Origin: Candidatus Babeliales bacterium | GTDB taxonomy: Bacteria; Babelota; Babeliae; Babelales; JBFXEV01 | Assembly: GCA_050179755.1 (NCBI GenBank) | Contig: JBFXEV010000001.1 | Location: 329,994-393,993, forward strand | Direction: 5' to 3' | Length of the DNA stretch: 64,000 bases | Shown: positions 40,040 through 50,725 of the stretch, piece by piece | How the letters are laid out: the number at the start of each line of letters is the position of its first letter | Numbering within the stretch: the first letter of the stretch is position 1 | The notes under the pieces: generated by a model | What the model was told of the DNA's origin: nothing | The model's database searches: none | What the model saw: only the letters and a program-made list of their open reading frames with translations | Translations under genes and position numbers: made by a program

Positions 40040-41563
40040 ATGAACAAACAAGTAGTGCTTGTGTGCCTTGCGTACTTGCTCTTTCAGCTTGCCACCATGC
40101 AATGCTCAGAGCTACCTATCGTGGTTCTCATCTGTTCATACAATAATCAAGAATGGGTAGTAAAAAATCTTGACTCAGTTTTTATGCAAAACTATCAAAA
40201 CTACCGCGTTATATATATCGATGATTGCTCACAGGATAATACTGCCTTGATAGTGCAATCATACCGTGACACATATGACCTCAATGATCAAATTAAACTC
40301 ATACAAAATACCACGCGCTGCCGCAAAATGAAAAACATATATACAAGCATTCACAACTTTTGTGAGGATCATGAAATAGTAGTGCAACTTGATGGCGACG
40401 ATTGGTTTATAGACGATCAGTTGTTTGCGCATCTTAATGAATTATATCAAAAAGATGCTATATGGCTTACCTATGGCAGCGATACGCTCCATTATGCACA
40501 ACCAACGCCAAAAAAAACAATACATGATCAGGTCTTTCGAAAACAAAAATGGATATACGCTCCAACTCGCAGTTTTTATGCATGGCTTTTTAAAGCAATC
40601 AATGTTCAAGACTTGCTTGCCGAAAACGTTCCTGGTTATCAAGGTCTTTTTTTCCCCTCTGCAGATGACGTAGCATTTATGTACCCCATGCTTGAAATGG
40701 CAGGTAATCGCCACACATTTATTAAACACATAAATTATCATGTAAACACGCATAACCCACTCAGTAACAGAAAAATTGAGTTTAATCTACAAGAAGCTGC
40801 AAGCTTAGATATAAGAATGCGTCCCCCCTATCCCCGTTTTGCAAAACTAAAAGAAAGCAGTGAAATTCGTCATAAAAAGGCGATTGCAGATATTTGCATT
40901 ATTTCCGACCATGCAAAGAATCTAGAAACGCTTCTTATATCTATTAAGACGTATGTAACGCATCACGGAATGATTGCTATTTTATATACAAAGCAAATCA
41001 CTGAGCACCAAGCGTTAATTCATAAGTATCCAGACTACCACTTTATTGCATCTGACACCCAACCAATTACTGATAGTTTAAAAGATTTTGCACAACATGC
41101 CCTCCAACCGCATATCCTCCTTATGTGTACAGATATTAAAGTCACAGCTCCTTTAGACCTAAGAGACTATAGTATTGTGCTTGAAAAAACTGGTGCCCAT
41201 GGTTTTTATTTTGGCATCTCTTGTAATCAAGCGATTGACACCCTTCAACATTTATTTAATGATGTATATGCTTGGAAATTGGCATGGAGCGAAAATAGTA
41301 TATCTTCTAACAGCGATATGACATTATTGCGAACTAAAGATATTCTTAATAATAAAAAGAACACTATGCATGAAATTGGCCTGTGTCTTGCACATGCTAT
41401 TACCGCACGATGTGACTCAGCTACGCTCCCCGAACTAAGGTTACACTATCAAGCACTCAAAAGGCCATTGAAAAAAAGAAGACTACACGTTCCTGGAGTT
41501 GATCCTAGAACTAAAACAAAAAATAAGAGTAAAAAAGCACTTCAAAAGGAGAATGTACCATGA
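40040..41563 (+). CDS. Two-domain GT2 glycosyltransferase with basic tail
   Basis: CSYNN, YIDDCS, LDGDDWF; start moved to the ATG after GGAGG. Confidence 0.88.
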   Translation: MNKQVVLVCLAYLLFQLATMQCSELPIVVLICSYNNQEWVVKNLDSVFMQNYQNYRVIYIDDCSQDNTALIVQSYRDTYDLNDQIKLIQNTTRCRKMKNIYTSIHNFCEDHEIVVQLDGDDWFIDDQLFAHLNELYQKDAIWLTYGSDTLHYAQPTPKKTIHDQVFRKQKWIYAPTRSFYAWLFKAINVQDLLAENVPGYQGLFFPSADDVAFMYPMLEMAGNRHTFIKHINYHVNTHNPLSNRKIEFNLQEAASLDIRMRPPYPRFAKLKESSEIRHKKAIADICIISDHAKNLETLLISIKTYVTHHGMIAILYTKQITEHQALIHKYPDYHFIASDTQPITDSLKDFAQHALQPHILLMCTDIKVTAPLDLRDYSIVLEKTGAHGFYFGISCNQAIDTLQHLFNDVYAWKLAWSENSISSNSDMTLLRTKDILNNKKNTMHEIGLCLAHAITARCDSATLPELRLHYQALKRPLKKRRLHVPGVDPRTKTKNKSKKALQKENVP

Positions 41564-44034
41564 AGAACATACTATCATTACTCATTAAGAGTATAATCTT
41601 ATCTTTGGTAATTCTTACCAATGGGTCTTTTTTATATGCTCAAAAGCTACCCTCAAGAACTGAACTTCCACTTGTCATAGTAGTGTGCTCATATAATAAT
41701 GCGCCCTGGGTAGAAAAGAATCTTGATTCTATTTTCCAGCAAGATTACAGTAACTTTAGAGTAATATATGTTGATGATGCTTCGGAAGATGAAACTTCAG
41801 ATGCTGTTGCACAGTACCGTGCTCGTCATCACTTAGAAGATAAATTAATCCTGTGGAGCAACAAAGAACGAGCACGTAAAACCAAAAATGTCTATAACGC
41901 GTTCCATAGCTGTGATGATAATGAAATCATTGTCATTGTGGATGGTGATGATTGGCTTGCACACACACAAGTATTTTCTCAAATAAATCATGCCTATCTT
42001 TATAATGATGTTTGGCTCACGTGGGGACAATTTGAAATGTCCGACAAATCACAAGCAACGCGGGGTTGGAGCCAATACGTGCCAGAAGATCTTATAGAAT
42101 CTAATGATTTTAGAGAATTTACGTGGGTTTATGGTGCGCCACGTACGTTTTATGCGTGGCTCTTCAAACAAATTAAGATAGAAGATTTTATAGGTCTTAT
42201 GGTATCGGGTTACCAAGGCAAATTTTATCCTTCATGTGATGATTTTGCTATGATGTACCCAATGCTTGAAATGGCGCAACACCGCATAGCTTTTATTCCC
42301 GAAAATGCCTATATTGTAAACAACTTTAATCCACTTTCTACCTCACACGTAAAACCAGCAGACCCACTTGTTTCTATGCAAACAGCGTGTGAAGTCAAAA
42401 TGTATAAAAAAAGATACAGCGCTTTAGAAAGTCCTGTAACCAACGTGGTAGCGCAACATCAACACAGTAAAGCGGATGCTATTATCGTTTCTACGTCTCG
42501 TGATAAAACAACTGCTCTTATTAACACGGTGCGCCATCAGATTAAGAACATTGGATGTATTCTTGTGGTACATCAAGAAACATCTAACGCAATCAATTCC
42601 TCTGACGTTACGTATCTTAAATTACCTTCAAGCGCCACTGATCTTAAGCAAGCAATTGCCGCATTACCTCATGATCATCTTCTTTTAATGCACGACACCC
42701 TTACTATTACTCAAAAAATTGACTGTCAAATAGGTATTATTGATCTTGAAAGAACTGGCGCTTTAGGTTGCTATTATCAAGTCCACCCAAAGTTACTTGA
42801 ACAAACTGATATCCCCTACCAGCATGTACGCGATCAACTCTATGCTTGGAAAATTAATCTTGATGGTAATCATACCATTCAAGAACATGGCTACGATATG
42901 AACCTGTATCGTAAAAAAGATATTCTAGATCTTATTACGTCACAAGAACTACAAACTATTACTGATTTCAAGCAAAGCATGCCACGGCGATCAACCAATC
43001 TACATGCTGTTGGCTTATGTTATACTACTCCATGTGCAACAGCGCAAAATTTTCTTACAAAAGCCTATGATCGTCAAAACGCGCATTATACTGTTGTTGA
43101 TTTTGACAAAGCAATGTATGCAACTGAACGTCACAAAGAAATTTATCATGAAATAGTAGCTTCATCAAAAGAAGCAGCTTTTGTTGATATATTAAGAAAA
43201 AATTATAACAAATTCTTTGATAATCCTCCCTTCAAAATAGCCCCCAAAATACCCAAGATCATTCATCATATTTGGCTTGGTGGACCAATGCCTGAGCAAT
43301 ATGTACTTTGGAGAAAGAAATGGCAAGATATGCACCCGGATTGGACATTCATGCTCTGGACTGACAAAGAAGTTGCTCATTTTCATTTAGAAAATCAAGA
43401 ATATTATGATGAAACCACAAGCTATGGTGAAAAGGCAAACTTATTACGCTATGAGCTTTTATATCAATTTGGTGGCTTATATGTAGACACAGATTGTGAA
43501 TGTTATAAACAATTTGATTTCCTCCATCATTGCTGTGATTTCTATGCGGGCTGCGAATACCCTCAACGATCGTATGCTGGTAGTAGAATAATGGTTGGTA
43601 ATTCAATTATGGCTTCACGGCCAGGGCATCCGCTCGTGCGAGCATTTATTGATGGTATCCAGCATACGTGGCAAGAAGAAATGCAAGTAGCGCGATCTGG
43701 CACCCGCTATGCAACAGACATTATCAAAAAGATGCTACCTAAAGCACGCGACGTTATTATGATTTTCCCTGCAAACATATTCTATCCATGGGCAACAGCA
43801 AAAAATCCATGGGAAGAACCAATAACTGATCAAGAAACGTTTGTGCAGCCTGAATCGTGGTCTCTCCATTATTGGCATTTTACTTGGAATAAACGCCCTC
43901 AAAAAGAAGAAAAAAGAAGCCGTGTTCAACAAGAAGAACAAACGTATTATAAAAAACAAAAAGTAAGTGAAAATAAAAAAAAGAAGCCAAAAGATAAAAG
44001 AAGAATACTAAAAAAGCGAGAATTTAAAGGGTAA
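41560..44034 (+). CDS. GT2 + degenerate domain + GT32 fusion glycosyltransferase
   Basis: N-terminal YVDDAS/VDGDDWL; C-terminal IPKIIHHIWLG and RYELLYQFGGLYVDTD. Confidence 0.9.
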   Translation: MKNILSLLIKSIILSLVILTNGSFLYAQKLPSRTELPLVIVVCSYNNAPWVEKNLDSIFQQDYSNFRVIYVDDASEDETSDAVAQYRARHHLEDKLILWSNKERARKTKNVYNAFHSCDDNEIIVIVDGDDWLAHTQVFSQINHAYLYNDVWLTWGQFEMSDKSQATRGWSQYVPEDLIESNDFREFTWVYGAPRTFYAWLFKQIKIEDFIGLMVSGYQGKFYPSCDDFAMMYPMLEMAQHRIAFIPENAYIVNNFNPLSTSHVKPADPLVSMQTACEVKMYKKRYSALESPVTNVVAQHQHSKADAIIVSTSRDKTTALINTVRHQIKNIGCILVVHQETSNAINSSDVTYLKLPSSATDLKQAIAALPHDHLLLMHDTLTITQKIDCQIGIIDLERTGALGCYYQVHPKLLEQTDIPYQHVRDQLYAWKINLDGNHTIQEHGYDMNLYRKKDILDLITSQELQTITDFKQSMPRRSTNLHAVGLCYTTPCATAQNFLTKAYDRQNAHYTVVDFDKAMYATERHKEIYHEIVASSKEAAFVDILRKNYNKFFDNPPFKIAPKIPKIIHHIWLGGPMPEQYVLWRKKWQDMHPDWTFMLWTDKEVAHFHLENQEYYDETTSYGEKANLLRYELLYQFGGLYVDTDCECYKQFDFLHHCCDFYAGCEYPQRSYAGSRIMVGNSIMASRPGHPLVRAFIDGIQHTWQEEMQVARSGTRYATDIIKKMLPKARDVIMIFPANIFYPWATAKNPWEEPITDQETFVQPESWSLHYWHFTWNKRPQKEEKRSRVQQEEQTYYKKQKVSENKKKKPKDKRRILKKREFKG

Positions 44035-44036
44035 CA

Positions 44037-45518
44037 ATGAAATTGAAAAGAGTCTTGTATGTTTGCCTTATGGCAAGCACACTACTCTTGTGTGAAACTG
44101 CACAAGCTGATAAACGCAACCTTATCCACAAAATAGAAATCACCTCGCACACGCTGCGCTTTACTCTTGATCCAGAATTACATAAAAAATATTTATGGGA
44201 AGACTTCTATGTTACCTATCATGATGAATTAGGTCTTGATACACTCGATTATAGTATTATTACCATGCCCATTCTCCTCAATGTTTTCTCAATAATTTTA
44301 ATATCAGGGCAAGAATATTATGTAAAGGAAATTGATAAAGATCTGTATCACTCACTTTCTATTGTGCAAGAAGCACTTAAACGCCTTTATCCTCATACGG
44401 AATGGAAAGGTCGATTAACGGCAAAAAAAGTTGTTGATAATTCTAAACTTATAAAAAAAGACTCAAAAACCATAGATATGGCAATGCCATTTAGCCATGG
44501 TCTTGATTCAATATGCACTTCATTCCTGCATCGTGATAAAACTCAGTTACTTATGACGGTACGCGGCTGCCCTGATACGCCTATTGATGCAAAAGTGAAT
44601 ACGTGGCACATCACCAAAGACGCCGTGGTTCGTTTTGCAAAAACGCATGGCCATACCACAAGCTTTGTAACATCAAACTTTCATGAATTCTTTAATTGGG
44701 AAGTTCTTGGCGATATTAATCCCGAAATTATGAATTGGCGCATGGATACTATTGAGGATCTAGGTTGGATCGGCATAGCAGCACCAATTCTTGTATCTAA
44801 AGGCATAAAGCAATTAGTGCTTGCTGCAAATAAAGATTGGAGCACTTTGCATCCAGGCATTAGCAGCCCCATAACTAATAATACTATGTCATTTGCCGGA
44901 ATTTCAGTTATGAATGACGCTTTTGACTTATCGCGCACTGAAAAAAATTTTATAGTGGCAGATATTTGCAATAGGCACGATTTGCCCAAACCCAAAATGT
45001 TTGTCTGCGAATACCATAGACCTGAACGAAAAAATTGCAACGTATGCACAAAATGTGTTTTCACCATCCTTTCATGGATACTTGCGCAAGAAGAACCACG
45101 AGAATACGGCTTTGATGTATCTGTAGATTCATTTCTTGAATTCTTTAGAAATACTTTTTTTTATGAAAACATATATTCTCCGTACCGCACTGGGTGTTTT
45201 AAATATATGCAATATAAAGCGCGGCAACAACTGCCTCAACTTAATGCAAGAGCACAATCATTTTTCTCATGGTTTTTAACTATTGATTTTGATAAGCTCA
45301 CCGTACCAACAAACCAAATAGTTATTGATTATGATGATTTTATTGATCTTTATCCAAATATGCTGCCCACCTGGAAAAACTATCGCATAATGCTTGAGCA
45401 TACACATGTACCAGGTAATATATCAGATGAAGTATACCAAAGCATTTGGCATGCTGCCCAAGTAAAAAGAGCTCTTAAACGTAAGGCTTCCAAACGAAGG
45501 GTAAAAAAACACTCATGA
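44037..45518 (+). CDS. PP-loop (adenine nucleotide alpha-hydrolase-like) protein with Cys cluster
   Basis: MPFSHGLDS, CE.....KNCNVCTKC; signal peptide; basic tail. Confidence 0.65.
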   Translation: MKLKRVLYVCLMASTLLLCETAQADKRNLIHKIEITSHTLRFTLDPELHKKYLWEDFYVTYHDELGLDTLDYSIITMPILLNVFSIILISGQEYYVKEIDKDLYHSLSIVQEALKRLYPHTEWKGRLTAKKVVDNSKLIKKDSKTIDMAMPFSHGLDSICTSFLHRDKTQLLMTVRGCPDTPIDAKVNTWHITKDAVVRFAKTHGHTTSFVTSNFHEFFNWEVLGDINPEIMNWRMDTIEDLGWIGIAAPILVSKGIKQLVLAANKDWSTLHPGISSPITNNTMSFAGISVMNDAFDLSRTEKNFIVADICNRHDLPKPKMFVCEYHRPERKNCNVCTKCVFTILSWILAQEEPREYGFDVSVDSFLEFFRNTFFYENIYSPYRTGCFKYMQYKARQQLPQLNARAQSFFSWFLTIDFDKLTVPTNQIVIDYDDFIDLYPNMLPTWKNYRIMLEHTHVPGNISDEVYQSIWHAAQVKRALKRKASKRRVKKHS

Positions 45519-45739
45519 AGCAATTGGTTATATTGAGGCAATGGATAAAAACTTATTGGAGTTCATATTAACTATGATAATTTTCGCTATCTGTGAGACG
45601 GTATTTCAGACAATTGGCAACAATCACGCAAAACGTTGCCAGTTACTCATATAGATGAAGCATTTACCGCGCAAGATTATGGTCTTATATGGCAAAACTA
45701 TACAACATTGTATGGCGATTGATAAAAACAGGAATCTCT

Positions 45740-47077
45740 ATGAAACGAATATATATGTCGTTCTTACTCACTATCTGCAGCATATTGAAAGCTCAAGAAT
45801 TGCAATTTATTGATGCGATTGATCTTGAAGACCATAAAATTACCTATTACGTCAATCAGGAATTTCACACCATCTATTTGCGCGATAATCTATTTGTAGA
45901 GTATGAACCCGATATTAATCTTTGGGATCTTGATTATACCATTATCACGATGCCCTTAATTATGAATACTATTGGTATGATCTGGATTTCAGGAAACGAT
46001 TATGTTATAGATGCGATGGATAAAGAACTGTATCATTCTCTTGAGCTTATTCGCACTATTTTTAGACGTTTTTACCCTAAAACATCCTTTAATGGAAACC
46101 TAATACCAAAAAAACTTGTTGATAATTCACCAAAACCTTCTGCCAATGCAGCAAAAATTGCATTACCATTTAGCCATGGACTTGACTCTTTATGTACATC
46201 ATTGCGTTTACGTAAAACACCGCAATTATTAATCACCGCACGCGGATTACCTGATACTCCTTTGGCGCTTTGGGATAGAAATTGGCGCTTTACCATACAC
46301 TCAATAGAGCAGTATGCTGCGCTCCATGGCCATACCGTTTCCTTATTACAAACTAACTTCCATGAGTTTTTTAATTGGACATATCTATGTACGCTCAGCC
46401 CTGAAATCTATAATTGGCGCATTTGCATGGTAGAAGGATTAGGATGGATGGGATTAACAGCCCCCATACTCGTTTCAAAGGGATATAACAAATTTATTTT
46501 ACCTGCTAATAGCGATTGGACTACCGCGCATCCAGGAGCTGATTGCCCTCTTATCAATGATAATGTTACCTTTGCAGGTATCGTTATTAAATCTGAAGGC
46601 TTTGAGCTAACTCGCATGGAAAAAAATAAACTTATTGCCAACATATGCAATGACGAAGATTTAGAAAAACCATTTTTAATGATTTGTGAAAACGTGTTAC
46701 CGCGACGTAAAAATTGTTGTCAATGCGAAAAATGCATAGCATCAATGCTTTCGTTTTTATTAATAAATGAAGATCCCAAACAGTATGGATTTAACATGCC
46801 AATTCCCGATTTTTTTGACTATGTTAAATCAACATTTATACCAGTAACCAAATTGGAAGATTATCCTGCGAATTGGTTTAAATATTGCCAACAAGAAGCA
46901 CGAGAAAAACTGACTCAGATGAATTCTGATGAACATGCCTTCTTTTCTTGGTTTATTACCATTGATTTTGATGCAATCACTATTCCATGTAATAGTATAA
47001 CCATTGATTATTCCCAATTTCTCGATGTTTATCCATATATTCCCCAAAGTGCTTTACAGGGTAAAGGAAGGGCATGA
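45740..47077 (+). CDS. PP-loop protein with Cys cluster, paralogue 2
   Basis: LPFSHGLDS, ICEN..RKNCCQCEKC; start moved to the ATG after AGGA. Confidence 0.65.
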   Translation: MKRIYMSFLLTICSILKAQELQFIDAIDLEDHKITYYVNQEFHTIYLRDNLFVEYEPDINLWDLDYTIITMPLIMNTIGMIWISGNDYVIDAMDKELYHSLELIRTIFRRFYPKTSFNGNLIPKKLVDNSPKPSANAAKIALPFSHGLDSLCTSLRLRKTPQLLITARGLPDTPLALWDRNWRFTIHSIEQYAALHGHTVSLLQTNFHEFFNWTYLCTLSPEIYNWRICMVEGLGWMGLTAPILVSKGYNKFILPANSDWTTAHPGADCPLINDNVTFAGIVIKSEGFELTRMEKNKLIANICNDEDLEKPFLMICENVLPRRKNCCQCEKCIASMLSFLLINEDPKQYGFNMPIPDFFDYVKSTFIPVTKLEDYPANWFKYCQQEAREKLTQMNSDEHAFFSWFITIDFDAITIPCNSITIDYSQFLDVYPYIPQSALQGKGRA

Positions 47078-47120
47078 GCATAAAACAATCACTTGAAATT
47101 TCATTATTACAAGGAATCTC

Positions 47121-48464
47121 ATGAAAAAATTAATCTTTGCAGCTTGTATGTTATTTACACTGTACACACAAACACACCAATTAATAGATTCTATTGATAT
47201 TAATGGCCAAAAAATTACCTATTTCCTTAATAAAAAATTTCATAAAACCTATCTCAGGCAACATTTATACGTAGAATATCAACATGATATAGATTTATCA
47301 GAGCTTGATTATACCGTTATTACCATGCCACTTATTATGAACACTATTGGCATGATATGGATTTCAAATCAAGACTATAGTATTCCAGCAATGGATAAGC
47401 AATTGTTTTATTCTCTAGAAACCATTAAGGAAGTCTTCAAGCGATTTTATCCTGCAACTTCTTTTGAAGGAAATTTAATTCCACAAAAGCTAGTAGATAA
47501 TTCACTCCTATGGGATTATATACCGCAAACTGATGGTATTGCGTTGCCATTTAGCCATGGCCTTGATTCTCTTTGTACTTCTTTGCAATTACGTACAACG
47601 CCTCAACTACTCATTACTGCGCGTGGCATGCCTGATACGCCACTTGAAAACTGGCAAGAAAACTGGGAATACACCATGCAAGCAATTACCCATTTTGCTG
47701 CAATTCATGGGCATCAATCAACAACGCTTGTTTCTAATTTTCATGAATTTTTTAATTGGGATCATCTTTGCTCATTCAGCAAAGAAATTGGTAACTGGCG
47801 CTTATGCGCTGTTGAAGGTCTGGGTTGGATGGGACTTGCTGCACCAATTCTTGTTTCAAAAGGGTATCGCACCTTTGTATTACCTGCCAATGGCGATTGG
47901 TTAACGCCTCATCCGGGCGTTGATTGCCCTATTGTGGTTGATAATATCTCTTTTGCAGGCATTTCCAACATATGCCAAGGATTTGAATTAAACCGTATGG
48001 AAAAAAATAAAGTAATCGCACAACTTTGCAATGAATACAAACTTGAAAAACCAACATCTATCATATGCGAAAAAATACTTGAAAAAAGAAAAAACTGTTG
48101 TAAATGCCAAAAGTGTGTTGCTTCTATACTTTCTTTGCTATTGCTGAATGAAAACCCAGAAGATTACGGCTTTTCTGTTGATCTACCTCAATTTTTTACG
48201 TACTTTAAAAATAAATTTATCAAGAAAAATGAGTTTGAAGTATATGCCGCAGGATGGTTTATTTATTGCCAAGAACAAGCTAGAAAACAATTAGCAACTT
48301 TAACGCCAGAACTCTACGAATTCTTTAATTGGTTTATAACTATACCATTCGATGCGCTGACATTGCCTTATGATTATATAACATTAGATTACAATAACTT
48401 TGTGGATTTATATAAAAATATTCCTACAAAAGCATTAACACGTTTCAATGAGGAAAAGAAATAA
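47121..48464 (+). CDS. PP-loop protein with Cys cluster, paralogue 3
   Basis: LPFSHGLDS, ICEK..RKNCCKCQKC. Confidence 0.65.
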   Translation: MKKLIFAACMLFTLYTQTHQLIDSIDINGQKITYFLNKKFHKTYLRQHLYVEYQHDIDLSELDYTVITMPLIMNTIGMIWISNQDYSIPAMDKQLFYSLETIKEVFKRFYPATSFEGNLIPQKLVDNSLLWDYIPQTDGIALPFSHGLDSLCTSLQLRTTPQLLITARGMPDTPLENWQENWEYTMQAITHFAAIHGHQSTTLVSNFHEFFNWDHLCSFSKEIGNWRLCAVEGLGWMGLAAPILVSKGYRTFVLPANGDWLTPHPGVDCPIVVDNISFAGISNICQGFELNRMEKNKVIAQLCNEYKLEKPTSIICEKILEKRKNCCKCQKCVASILSLLLLNENPEDYGFSVDLPQFFTYFKNKFIKKNEFEVYAAGWFIYCQEQARKQLATLTPELYEFFNWFITIPFDALTLPYDYITLDYNNFVDLYKNIPTKALTRFNEEKK

Positions 48465-48496
48465 CTATCTGGTCACGATACGGTATGGAGATTATC

Positions 48497-49111
48497 ATGA
48501 AGCGCTTTGTTATGGTATACCTAGTATTAAATATAATTACTCTACTTTCTCATGATAGTGAAAAGCACACTACATTACCTAAAGTGCGTTCCTTTGATTT
48601 TGAGTTTATTGCAATGCATGAAAAAGATTTCAAGCAAATTTACGAATGGCTGCATCGGCCTTTCATAGAGCCATGGTTCATACCAAAATCCCTGTCTTGG
48701 ACCGATTTTTTAAGCATATACTCGGCAAAGCTTACTACTGAATTTGAATGGAATTATTTGATATATAGTCATGAAGAGCCGATTGGCTATATTCGCTATT
48801 ATGATGCACATCGAGAACCGGACGGCATAGGAAACCTTGAACCAGAAGGATCGTATGGTATTGAATTATTTATAGGCGAATCAGAATATCTGCAAAAAGG
48901 ATATGGAACTACCATATTGTCTTTATTTATGGAGAAAATTATCTTGGATCAAAAAAAACTAGGGCGTAACGTAGAACGTTTTATTATTGATCCAAATATA
49001 CATAATATTCCTGCCTATAGAACATATTCCAAAGTTGGTTTCTCAAAAGTACGTGAATTTGAAGATCCCTATTATGGGCCATTATTGATTATGGAATTTT
49101 ACCCAAATTAA
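48497..49111 (+). CDS. GNAT N-acetyl/acyltransferase (AAC(6')/IucB-like subgroup)
   Basis: WLHRPFIEPW, PIGYIRYY, GIELFIGESEYLQKGYG, IIDPNIHNIPAYRTYSKVGF. Confidence 0.85.
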   Translation: MKRFVMVYLVLNIITLLSHDSEKHTTLPKVRSFDFEFIAMHEKDFKQIYEWLHRPFIEPWFIPKSLSWTDFLSIYSAKLTTEFEWNYLIYSHEEPIGYIRYYDAHREPDGIGNLEPEGSYGIELFIGESEYLQKGYGTTILSLFMEKIILDQKKLGRNVERFIIDPNIHNIPAYRTYSKVGFSKVREFEDPYYGPLLIMEFYPN

Positions 49112-49159
49112 ACCACTAATTGGTTATACCATTGCTCTAAAATTATTACAAGGTCAATT

Positions 49160-50488
49160 ATGTTCAAAAAAATAATTTTGTTAATTCTTTGTACTGTTCA
49201 ACTGATTCATGCTCAACAATTTATTGAATCGATGGAAATTCAACATAATACCATTACCTATCGCATAAACGAAAAACTTCATAATAAGTATTTACGTGAA
49301 AATTTATATATTGAGTATCCATATGATATACAATTAAATCAATTAGATTATTGCATTATCACCATGCCCTTAATAATGAACACGATAGCCATTATTTGGG
49401 TATCAAATGAAGATTATTACATTGACGCCATGGATGCTGAGCTTTATTATTCACTTGAAAAGGTAAAAGAAGTATTTAGGCGATTTTACCCAATTACCCG
49501 TTTTGATGGTAATTTAATTCCAAAAAAACTAACTCATACTGCAAATATTTGGCAAACAAAGAAAGAAACTCCTGGATTTGCTTTACCGTTTAGTCATGGG
49601 CTTGATTCTTTGTGCACCTCAATGCGACATTACAAAACGCCTCAATTGCTTATTACTGCTCGTGGCATGCCGGATACACCTGTTGATATGTGGGAGATTA
49701 ATTGGAAATACACCAAAAAGGTAATTAAACGATTTGCAAAAATATATGGCCATACAACAATCACGATTACTTCTAATTTTCATGAATTTTTTAATTGGCG
49801 CGAACTCTGTTCCTTGAGCCCTGAAATTGAGCATTGGCGATTATGCGTGGTTGAAGGGTTAGGTTGGATGGGACTTACAGCACCTATACTCATCTCAAAA
49901 GGTTACAAAACATTTGTGTTACCAGCAAATGGAGATTGGCTTTCTCCTCACCCGGGGGCAGATTGCCCTCTTATCAATGATGTAGTAACATTTGCAGGAA
50001 TTACTTGCAAATCTGATGGATTTGAAATAACACGTGCAGAAAAAAATAACATCATAGCAGCCATATGCAATGAGAATAATTTGGAAAAACCAACATTCGT
50101 TATCTGTGAAAATATATTGGAAGAACGCAAAAACTGTTGCGAGTGTTATAAATGCGTTACGTCAATTCTTGCTCTTTTGCTCATAGATGAAGATCCTTTT
50201 GATTATGGGTTTGATTTTATATTAAATGATTTTTTAGATCATTTAAGAATGACCCTAGCTAAAAATAAAACCTACGAACCTGATACCGTTCGATGGTTCA
50301 AGCATTACCAAGAACAAGCTCATCTAAAATATGATAAACTCACGCCAAAACTGCAAGAATTCTTTGCCTGGTTCTGCACAATAAATTTTGATGCTGCTAT
50401 TGAGCCTTGGAATAATATTGTTATTGATTACAACAATTTTATCGATATTTACCCAAACATACCAGATTTTTTAAAACTAAAAAATTAA
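49160..50488 (+). CDS. PP-loop protein with Cys cluster, paralogue 4
   Basis: LPFSHGLDS, ICEN..RKNCCECYKC. Confidence 0.65.
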   Translation: MFKKIILLILCTVQLIHAQQFIESMEIQHNTITYRINEKLHNKYLRENLYIEYPYDIQLNQLDYCIITMPLIMNTIAIIWVSNEDYYIDAMDAELYYSLEKVKEVFRRFYPITRFDGNLIPKKLTHTANIWQTKKETPGFALPFSHGLDSLCTSMRHYKTPQLLITARGMPDTPVDMWEINWKYTKKVIKRFAKIYGHTTITITSNFHEFFNWRELCSLSPEIEHWRLCVVEGLGWMGLTAPILISKGYKTFVLPANGDWLSPHPGADCPLINDVVTFAGITCKSDGFEITRAEKNNIIAAICNENNLEKPTFVICENILEERKNCCECYKCVTSILALLLIDEDPFDYGFDFILNDFLDHLRMTLAKNKTYEPDTVRWFKHYQEQAHLKYDKLTPKLQEFFAWFCTINFDAAIEPWNNIVIDYNNFIDIYPNIPDFLKLKN

Positions 50489-50665
50489 ATTAAATGATGC
50501 TTTTTGAGCAATTGCTAAAGCGCCGTAATAAATTGAGGAACATTCTTACCACTTTTTTGTATAGTTTTTTTTCGCTTCTCAAGCAATGCTAGGCCGCTAA
50601 AAAAGATCTCGTAAAAAAAATAACAATACAATACGTATCTCGTATGAAATGGGCCAGCATACCCA
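50485..50665 (-). pseudogene. Decayed 3' remnant of another HipA-like kinase paralogue
   Basis: Minus strand encodes YAGPFHTRY and ALLEKRKKTIQKSGKNVPQFITAL*QLLKKH, resembling paralogue C-termini (AGLFDEKY, SLLDCNKKTI, IQNSG..QLLDK). Confidence 0.5.
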
Positions 50666-50725
50666 CAAACTCATTATTCTTTCTTGCAACATTACTCTCA
50701 GCTTTTAGCATACTAAGGGAGAATA

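Noticed and set aside
45519..45739. Possible gene remnant between PP-loop paralogues
   Set aside because: Only a few residues (IGYI) resemble the GNAT; too weak to call
48497..49111. Aminoglycoside resistance gene
   Set aside because: Only fold-level similarity to AAC(6'); context and leader favour a glycan or other acyltransferase role
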